A stretch of 64,000 nucleotides of DNA from Faecousia sp. (GTDB lineage: Bacteria > Bacillota > Clostridia > Oscillospirales > Oscillospiraceae), in contig JAZSHB010000016.1 in the NCBI GenBank assembly GCA_045533015.1, positions 61 through 64,060 on the forward strand, read 5' to 3'. This document shows, one piece after another, positions 57,736 to 64,000 of this stretch. The notes under the pieces are model-generated. The model ran no database searches and was not told where the DNA came from. It was given only the letters and a program-made list of their open reading frames with translations. A program made the position numbers and the translations under genes. Each line of letters starts with the position of its first letter. The stretch's first letter is position 1.

Positions 57736-58387
57736 ACTGCTTTTTGAGAAAACAGGAAATGCGGTCTGGATGTCCCATTTGGATCTGATGCGTGTGTTCC
57801 AAAGGGCGTTTAAGCGGGCAGGGCTGGCTTTGACCCATACACAGGGGTTTAACCCAAGACCCTCTGTTTCGATTGCGCTGCCACTTTCTGTGGGCGTTGA
57901 AAGTGTTTGTGAGCTTCTGGATTTTGAACTCGATACACAGCACGTATCCTCCCAGACGCTGTGTGCCCGGCTTAACGATGCCTTGGTGGATGGTGTCAAG
58001 GTTCTGGAGGTTTATGACAACGGCAGAAAGATTCGTGAACTGGCATTGCTGCGCTGCAAAATTTTTATGGAGTATGATGCTACGGTTCCGGCGAACGCAG
58101 CGGTGCAAATTGAAGAATTGTTTTCAAGCGCGACCCTGACAGTGGAGAAGAAAACCAAAAACGGTTTGCAGGAACAGGACATTATTCCGATGATACGCAA
58201 GGTGGAGGTGACCCGGGCAGGAGAAAATGAGATTCGGCTGGAGGCGCTTGTCTACTGCCAAAATCCCACGCTTAACCCGGCGCAGCTGCCATTGGCAGTA
58301 AGCAAGTACCTTCCGGAGCTGAGACCGGACTTTTTCAGATGCAGCCGGTTGGAAATTTACGATAAAGATGAAAGGATATTCAGGTAA
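57728..58387 (+). CDS. TIGR03936-type radical SAM-linked protein
   Basis: SHLDLMR.F.RA, GFNPRP, LSVG.ES. Confidence 0.88.
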   Translation: MPRLLFEKTGNAVWMSHLDLMRVFQRAFKRAGLALTHTQGFNPRPSVSIALPLSVGVESVCELLDFELDTQHVSSQTLCARLNDALVDGVKVLEVYDNGRKIRELALLRCKIFMEYDATVPANAAVQIEELFSSATLTVEKKTKNGLQEQDIIPMIRKVEVTRAGENEIRLEALVYCQNPTLNPAQLPLAVSKYLPELRPDFFRCSRLEIYDKDERIFR

Positions 58388-58392
58388 AAGCT

Positions 58393-58617
58393 ATGGAGAT
58401 CAATCCGAATTATATTTTGGAGGACTGTCCTATTTGCCGCGGCAGCGGCTTTATGGTCCACGAGGGCGGCTGGAATGTGCAGATCGAATGCAACGACTGC
58501 AGCGCCCATACTGTCTATGTGGAATACAGCACTGAGGAAGAAAAGAAGGAAGCGGAAAAGCAAGTGGCAATGCTTTGGAATATGGGAAAGGTACTGAAGC
58601 AGGATTCCAGCGGTTAA
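58393..58617 (+). CDS. Small Lar-like zinc-finger protein
   Basis: CPIC...IECNDC...A..WN pattern. Confidence 0.65.
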   Translation: MEINPNYILEDCPICRGSGFMVHEGGWNVQIECNDCSAHTVYVEYSTEEEKKEAEKQVAMLWNMGKVLKQDSSG

Positions 58618-58704
58618 AAATTTTTTAAAAAAGAAAAAATAATGCTTGCATTTTTTGACACAGTGTGCTAATATACTTTGGCAGTTGAAAAACGCAAGCA
58701 ATTT

Positions 58705-58781
58705 CCGGGTGTGGCGAAGTTTGGTATCGCGCTTGAATGGGGTTCAAGAGGCCTCGAGTTCGAATCTCGACACTCGGACCA
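58705..58781 (+). tRNA. tRNA-Pro(GGG)
   Basis: Cloverleaf, anticodon loop ATGGGGT, CCA; terminator hairpin at 58781-58815. Confidence 0.96.
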
Positions 58782-58842
58782 AAAGCCGAAAGAACAAAAT
58801 GTTCTTTCGGCTTTTATTTTTGAAAATTCTTGCAAAAAAGAC

Positions 58843-58871
58843 TTGATTTGCCAGAAATGTTGTGCTATAAT
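58843..58871 (+). promoter_or_regulatory. SigA promoter of rplS
   Basis: TTGATT-17 nt-TATAAT with extended TG. Confidence 0.7.
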
Positions 58872-58893
58872 ACCCCGGTCTGAAATCAAGGTG

Positions 58894-58947
58894 AGGCCTC
58901 TGCAGTGCCGGGAACCATATCGCCGGAGCTACGCTGTACGAACGCCT
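58894..58947 (+). promoter_or_regulatory. Probable L19 leader RNA
   Basis: AGGC...CTGC...TACGAAC-GCCT stem with internal loop in the rplS 5' UTR. Confidence 0.5.
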
Positions 58948-58968
58948 AATATTAAGGAGGACAAAGAT

Positions 58969-59310
58969 ATGGATCTGGTTAAGGCACTGTCCAGCCAGTA
59001 CATGAAGGAAGAGCTGCCTGAAATGCGGGTTGGCGATACTGTTCGTGTGCATGTGCGGATCAAGGAAGGCTCCCGTGAGCGTATTCAGGTGTTTGAAGGC
59101 ACCATCATCGCCCGTAAGCATGGCGGTATTGGTGAGACCATCACCGTTCGCCGTGTGAGCTATGGCGTTGGCTGTGAGAAGGTTTTCCCTGTTCACTCTC
59201 CCAACGTTGCTATGGTTGAGACCGTCCGCAAGGGTAAGGTACGCCGTGCAAAGCTGTACTACCTGCGCAACCGTTTTGGCAAGGCTGCCAAGGTCAAGGA
59301 AAGAGTCTAA
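58969..59310 (+). CDS. rplS: 50S ribosomal protein L19
   Basis: [24 protein letters not shown]; ATG after AAGGAGG. Confidence 0.97.
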   Translation: MDLVKALSSQYMKEELPEMRVGDTVRVHVRIKEGSRERIQVFEGTIIARKHGGIGETITVRRVSYGVGCEKVFPVHSPNVAMVETVRKGKVRRAKLYYLRNRFGKAAKVKERV

Positions 59311-59323
59311 CGCAAAAAAGAAT

Positions 59324-59351
59324 AAAAAAAGAGGGGAAACCCTCTTTTTTT
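59324..59351 (+). terminator. Intrinsic terminator after rplS
   Basis: AAAAAAAGAGGG-gaaa-CCCTCTTTTTTT. Confidence 0.8.
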
Positions 59352-59405
59352 ATTTCCCAAAATCGTTTATAATAGATGAAATTGTTCTACCCGGGGTGAA
59401 GGTAA

Positions 59406-60032
59406 GTGGAAAACGATAAACGCAGGACGGGAAAGCCCGGCAAATATTATTCAGAAGCCGCAGCACCGAAAAAAGACGGAAATGTGTTGCTGTCATATCT
59501 GCACGATCTGGCTTATCTGATCGCAGGTGTGTTGCTGGTTTTTTCACTGCTGTTTCGGGTGGTGGTTGTTTCCGGTCCGTCCATGAACGATACCCTGGTT
59601 GACGGTGACTGGCTGCTGCTACTGGGCAACGTGATGTATTCCCAGCCGGAGCAGGGGGATATCATTGTTGCCAGCAAGGATTCTTTTGATAATGGCGCAC
59701 CGATCATTAAAAGAGTGATCGCTACTGAGGGTCAAAGTGTTGATATTGATTTTAAGACAGGTGTTGTCTATGTGGATGGCGTTGAGCTGGAGGAGCTTTA
59801 TACGCTGACGCCGACCAATTTGAACGAAGGTGTCGAATTTCCTTTAACGGTGAAAGATGGCTGCGTTTTTGTAATGGGCGATAATCGCAATGTTTCAAAA
59901 GACAGCAGAAGCGTAGAGATCGGTCAGATCGATCAACGGGAAATTTTAGGCAAAGCAGTATTCCTGTTTATGCCGGGCAATAACAGAGGAAAGACTGTGC
60001 GTGACTTTAACAGGATCGGAGTGGTGTCATGA
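59406..60032 (+). CDS. lepB: Signal peptidase I
   Basis: SGPSM, IKRVIA, GDNR..S.DSR. Confidence 0.93.
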   Translation: MENDKRRTGKPGKYYSEAAAPKKDGNVLLSYLHDLAYLIAGVLLVFSLLFRVVVVSGPSMNDTLVDGDWLLLLGNVMYSQPEQGDIIVASKDSFDNGAPIIKRVIATEGQSVDIDFKTGVVYVDGVELEELYTLTPTNLNEGVEFPLTVKDGCVFVMGDNRNVSKDSRSVEIGQIDQREILGKAVFLFMPGNNRGKTVRDFNRIGVVS

Positions 60033-60901
60033 TGGACACACAGCATATGAATATTCAGTGGTATCCCGGTCATATGACGAAGACCCGACGGCAGATCGAG
60101 GCAGATCTGAAGCAGGTGGATGCGGTTTGTGAGATCGTGGATGCCAGAATTCCTATATCCAGCCGCAATCCGGATATCGACCAGATCTGCGGAGCAAAGC
60201 CACGGATCGTTGTATTGAACCGGATGGATCTTGCGGACCAGACTGCAACCAAGGCGTGGATGGCTTACTTCCGGGAAAGAGGAATGGCTCCGGTAGCCAC
60301 AGACTGCAAAAGCAGAAGGGGAATCGGAGATTTTCAGCCGGCTGTGCGTTCGGTACTGAAAGAGAAGATCGCGCGTAATGCGGCAAAGGGCATGAATCGT
60401 CCGGTCCGGGTCATGGTCGTTGGAATACCCAATGTTGGCAAATCAACGCTTATCAATCAGATATCCGGACGCAAGGGCGCAAAGGCGGAAAACCGTCCGG
60501 GCGTTACAAGAGGCAAGCAATGGGTGACTGTTGACCCCAGCTTGCTGCTTTTGGATACGCCCGGTATTCTGTGGCCGAAGTTTGAAGATCCCAATGTAGG
60601 CATGATGCTGGCGTTTACCGGTGCGGTTAAGGAAAATGTGATCGATACCGAGGAGCTTGCCTGCCGTCTTGCGGAGCTTTTGCAGCGCTACTACCCTCAG
60701 ACATTGCGTGAGCGCTATGGTATAGATGTACAAGAAGAAATGCCGGGGTATATGCTTATTGAGGAAATGGGGCGCAAGCGGGGGTATCTGCTTGCAAGAG
60801 GTGAGATCAACACCGAGCGTATGTCCAAAGTCCTGCTCGATGAATACCGAGGCGGTAAGCTGGGACGCTTTACCCTGGAAATGCCGGAGGATCTGAAATG
60901 A
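60029..60901 (+). CDS. rbgA: Ribosome biogenesis GTPase RbgA/YlqF
   Basis: IQWYPGHM, GIPNVGKS, DTPG. Confidence 0.95.
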   Translation: MMDTQHMNIQWYPGHMTKTRRQIEADLKQVDAVCEIVDARIPISSRNPDIDQICGAKPRIVVLNRMDLADQTATKAWMAYFRERGMAPVATDCKSRRGIGDFQPAVRSVLKEKIARNAAKGMNRPVRVMVVGIPNVGKSTLINQISGRKGAKAENRPGVTRGKQWVTVDPSLLLLDTPGILWPKFEDPNVGMMLAFTGAVKENVIDTEELACRLAELLQRYYPQTLRERYGIDVQEEMPGYMLIEEMGRKRGYLLARGEINTERMSKVLLDEYRGGKLGRFTLEMPEDLK

Positions 60902-61512
60902 GCCAGCAAAATATGTGGGAAATTGAAGATAATTATTACAGCCGGGGTATTCGCCTCATATGCGGCGTAGATGAGGCAGGAAGGGGTCCACTGGCAGGTC
61001 CTGTTTGCGCGGCTGCTGTCATTCTGCCGGCAAATTTGGAGATACCCGGACTTAACGACAGTAAAAAACTGTCAGACAAAAAACGCAGAGAATTGTTTCC
61101 GATCATTAAAGAAAAAGCACTTGCATATGGAATTGCCTTTGCGGATGAAAAGGAGATCGACGGGATCAATATACTCCAGGCGACTTTCCTGGCGATGGAA
61201 CGCGCTGTTGCGCAGCTGCAGTGCAAGCCGGAGCTCTTGCTGATTGATGGCAATAGGCAGAAAGATTTTGGGTTTCCAGCAGAAACGGTCATCCATGGTG
61301 ACAGTCTGAGTGCCAGTATTGCAGCTGCTTCTGTATTGGCTAAGGTGACCCGTGACGATCATATGCTGGAAATGGCGCAGCGTTTTCCCGGTTACGGCTT
61401 TGAAGTACATAAAGGATACGGCACAAAGGCACATTATGCCGCGTTGGAGAAATTGGGTCCATGCCCGATCCATAGAATGACATTTCTAAAGAAGCTTTAT
61501 GGGGAGAAATAA
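60898..61512 (+). CDS. rnhB: Ribonuclease HII
   Basis: GVDEAGRGPLAGPV, DSKKL, AAASVLAKV. Confidence 0.96.
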   Translation: MSQQNMWEIEDNYYSRGIRLICGVDEAGRGPLAGPVCAAAVILPANLEIPGLNDSKKLSDKKRRELFPIIKEKALAYGIAFADEKEIDGINILQATFLAMERAVAQLQCKPELLLIDGNRQKDFGFPAETVIHGDSLSASIAAASVLAKVTRDDHMLEMAQRFPGYGFEVHKGYGTKAHYAALEKLGPCPIHRMTFLKKLYGEK

Positions 61513-61864
61513 TATTGTTGGCTCCTGGGGGGAGGCTCTGGCTGCGGAGTATTTGCGAAAAAAGCGCTATAAACTGCTTGATGCGAATTATCGCTGCAAA
61601 TACGGAGAGATTGATCTGATTGTTTGCGATCGAAAATATCTTGTTTTTGTGGAAGTTAAGCTACGAAAATCAGCGAAATTTGCAAGGGCGGCAGAGTTTG
61701 TGGACGTCTATAAGCAGAACAGACTTCGCACGACTGCACAAATGTATCTGTCATGTAACCCAACGCATTTGCAACCACGGTTTGATGTAGTTGAAATTTA
61801 TGCCCCGGAGGGGATCAGGACAACTTGTCCTGAAATATATCATTTGGAGGATGCCTTTCAATGA
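61499..61864 (+). CDS. yraN: YraN family protein
   Basis: GE..A..YL, GEIDLI, FVEVK, RFDV. Confidence 0.9.
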   Translation: MGRNNIVGSWGEALAAEYLRKKRYKLLDANYRCKYGEIDLIVCDRKYLVFVEVKLRKSAKFARAAEFVDVYKQNRLRTTAQMYLSCNPTHLQPRFDVVEIYAPEGIRTTCPEIYHLEDAFQ

Positions 61865-62802
61865 ATTTTCCGGTGTTCGATCTGCATTGCGATACAGCGA
61901 ACGAATTGGTGGGCGACGGTATATGCCAATTTGGGAATCTGAAAAGAAACGGTACGCACATCGATCTTGAGCGTGCAAGTACATTGCCTGGCTATGCGCA
62001 GTGCTTTGCCTGCTTTACCACAACGGACATGAAGCCGAGCCCGGTGGACCATTTTGAACGGAAGCTGACAGCGGTTCTGCGTGAATTGGATAAAAACCGG
62101 GATAGGATACGCCAGGTCTATTCAGCTGCGCAGATCGAGGATAATAGAAAAAACGGTATTATGTCTGCAATTCTTACGATCGAAGGACCGGCTGGCTTTG
62201 GATTTGATCCGGCACTGCTGGAGGATCTGTATAAGGTGGGCTTTCGTATGACTACCCTGGGCTGGAACGAAAACAACCCCCTTACCGGCTCCCATATAAC
62301 CGGCGGAGGACTGACAGACCTGGGGCGTACATATGTTAAAGAGGCGCAAAAACTGGGAATGATTGTTGATGTCAGTCATATCAGTGATGAGGGCTTTTGG
62401 GATATTCTGGATATTACCGAAGCACCTGTCATTGCGTCCCATTCCAATAGCCGCAGTCAATGGGCGGTAAGCCGGAATTTGACGGATGATATGTTCCGGC
62501 AGATCTGCAGGACAGGCGGTGTGGCGGGCATCAATCTCTATAGTAAATTCCTGGGAGAGCAGCCGGATCTGGATACGGTGTGCGATCATATTTTCCACTT
62601 TATGGAACTGGACCCGGAGGGGAAGCATATTTCTCTCGGCGGCGATTTGGACGGTTGTGAAATGCTTCCAGCAGGCGTCAATGGCATACAGGATTATCCT
62701 GTGTTAGCTCAGCGTTTGCTGGAACGGGGCTTGGATGAAAAAACGGTATACAATATTTTTTGGAATAATGCAATAGGAGTGATTGAGCGTTGCTGTATAT
62801 AA
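61861..62802 (+). CDS. Membrane dipeptidase (M19) family
   Basis: DLHCD, DVSH, SHSN, RNLTD, GGDLDG. Confidence 0.9.
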   Translation: MNFPVFDLHCDTANELVGDGICQFGNLKRNGTHIDLERASTLPGYAQCFACFTTTDMKPSPVDHFERKLTAVLRELDKNRDRIRQVYSAAQIEDNRKNGIMSAILTIEGPAGFGFDPALLEDLYKVGFRMTTLGWNENNPLTGSHITGGGLTDLGRTYVKEAQKLGMIVDVSHISDEGFWDILDITEAPVIASHSNSRSQWAVSRNLTDDMFRQICRTGGVAGINLYSKFLGEQPDLDTVCDHIFHFMELDPEGKHISLGGDLDGCEMLPAGVNGIQDYPVLAQRLLERGLDEKTVYNIFWNNAIGVIERCCI

Positions 62803-63797
62803 CGACTAGAGGCGATAAAGACGCATTTACCTCCCACAGGGCACTGATCGGCGATATTGCCCCGGATGGCGGCAGATATGTACCTTTTCAGCTGCCGTGT
62901 TATGATAAAACAGAAATTGCTGCATTGCAGGAAAAGCCCTTTGGACAGACGGTTGCAGAAATATTGAATATGTTCTTTTCCTGCCGGCTCACCGGATGGG
63001 ATGTGGATTTTTGTATTGGAAGAAATACCACGCGGCTCACCCCTATGAGCCATAGAATCCTTGTGGCTGAGCTTTGGCACTGCCCGGAGGCAAATTACTC
63101 TGCCATGGTTAAAAATCTTTCCAATAAGATTACAGACGGACAGGGCAAGGTCTCCGATTGGATGACCATTGCGGTGCAGATCGCAATGCTGTTTGGTATT
63201 TATGGACAGATGCTGCGCACAGAGACAGTCTCCCGGGATCAAAAATTTGATGTTTCTGTTACTGCTGGTGACTTCTCAGAGCCGATGGTTGCATGGTATG
63301 CCAGGAAAATGGGCTTGCCCATCGGTATGATCGTCTGTACCTGTGATGAAGACGGCTCTGTGTGGGATCTTATTCACAAGGGAGTATTCAATACAGCAGC
63401 TGCAGATACCAAGCTGCAGTTGGGCGTTGAACGGCTTATTCAAGGCACACTGGGTTTTGCTGAGGTCCATCGGTATCGGGAAAAATGTGAGAATAAGAAT
63501 ATGTATTCCCTTGACGAAGAACAACTGCCGGTTTTGAATACCGGGATGTTCTGCGCTGTTGCGGGAAAAAACCGGGCTGAGACGATCATTAACAGCGTAT
63601 TCAGAAGCAATGCTTATATCCTAGATCCCGTTACTGCCCTTTGCTGCGGCGGATTGCAGGATTACCGGGCAAAAACCGGAAACAGCGGTCTGACCTTGCT
63701 GCTGGCGGGTCAAACGCCTATGGATTTTACACAGGAGATCACAAAAGCAACCGGAATATCTGCGGATGCGCTGAAGGACCATATAAACATGACCTAA
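62790..63797 (+). CDS. Threonine synthase-like protein, shortened and lacking the PLP-lysine motif
   Basis: Y.TTRG, APDGG.YVP, YARKMGLPI, YILDP.TA present; HGPT.AFKD replaced by HCPEANYSA. Confidence 0.75.
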   Translation: MLYITTRGDKDAFTSHRALIGDIAPDGGRYVPFQLPCYDKTEIAALQEKPFGQTVAEILNMFFSCRLTGWDVDFCIGRNTTRLTPMSHRILVAELWHCPEANYSAMVKNLSNKITDGQGKVSDWMTIAVQIAMLFGIYGQMLRTETVSRDQKFDVSVTAGDFSEPMVAWYARKMGLPIGMIVCTCDEDGSVWDLIHKGVFNTAAADTKLQLGVERLIQGTLGFAEVHRYREKCENKNMYSLDEEQLPVLNTGMFCAVAGKNRAETIINSVFRSNAYILDPVTALCCGGLQDYRAKTGNSGLTLLLAGQTPMDFTQEITKATGISADALKDHINMT

Positions 63798-63807
63798 GGA
63801 GAACACA

Positions 63808-64000
63808 ATGGCATTATATGCAATCGGCGATCTTCACCTGAGCCTAAGCGCCCAGAAGCCAATGGATGTGTTTGGCGGTGCGTGGGTCGGTTATATAGAA
63901 AAACTACAGAAGGGGCTGTCCATAATTCAGCCAGAGGATACGACTGTTCTGCTTGGAGATCTGTCCTGGGCGTTGGGGCTGTCGGAGGCGAAGGATGACT
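63808..64000 (+). CDS. Metallophosphoesterase (partial; runs off the window)
   Basis: MALYAIGDLHLS...KPMDVFG...GDLSWA, AAGGAG RBS. Confidence 0.85.
   Translation, partial: MALYAIGDLHLSLSAQKPMDVFGGAWVGYIEKLQKGLSIIQPEDTTVLLGDLSWALGLSEAKDD

Noticed and set aside
54793-58781. Near-identical inverted sequences at 54.8 kb and 58.7 kb as an invertible segment
   Set aside because: They are two tRNA-Pro isoacceptor genes, and no recombinase is nearby
58678-58968. 97-aa N-terminal extension of L19 in the ORF track
   Set aside because: It spans a tRNA, terminator and promoter; the true start is ATG 58969 with AAGGAGG
1-64000. CRISPR array, prophage, integrase or defence island
   Set aside because: No regularly spaced repeats, cas, phage or recombinase genes were recognised

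Overview
Chromosomal housekeeping and sporulation region of a low-GC-phylum (Bacillota) anaerobe. Gene content and order suggest a Clostridia/Oscillospiraceae-like gut organism (inference). The window contains: an OLE-like large ncRNA with oapA heading a dxs-tlyA-nadK-argR-recN-tyrS operon; queA-tgt-yajC; copA; T-box-cysS-polA-rimI-tsaD; a complete 8-gene shikimate/Phe/Tyr operon; four tRNAs; a SleC-type cortex-lytic locus; bsh; spoIVFB with a radical SAM pair; and rplS-lepB-rbgA-rnhB-yraN. I found no CRISPR array, prophage or intact transposase. The most notable unannotated signals are: (1) a Phe/Tyr-rich leader-peptide attenuator with 1:2/2:3/3:4 hairpins upstream of the aro operon; (2) a SleC whose N-terminal pre-domain appears to be a separate gene with a probable CTG start; (3) the ~610-nt OLE RNA with its own promoter; (4) an orphan switch-like sRNA at ~45.1 kb; (5) a MITE-like insert flanked by a duplicated terminator; (6) a DnaA-box/Spo0A-box cluster; (7) a probable threonine-synthase pseudoenzyme and an atypical receptor kinase. 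All family assignments come from recognising motifs by eye; no searches were run.
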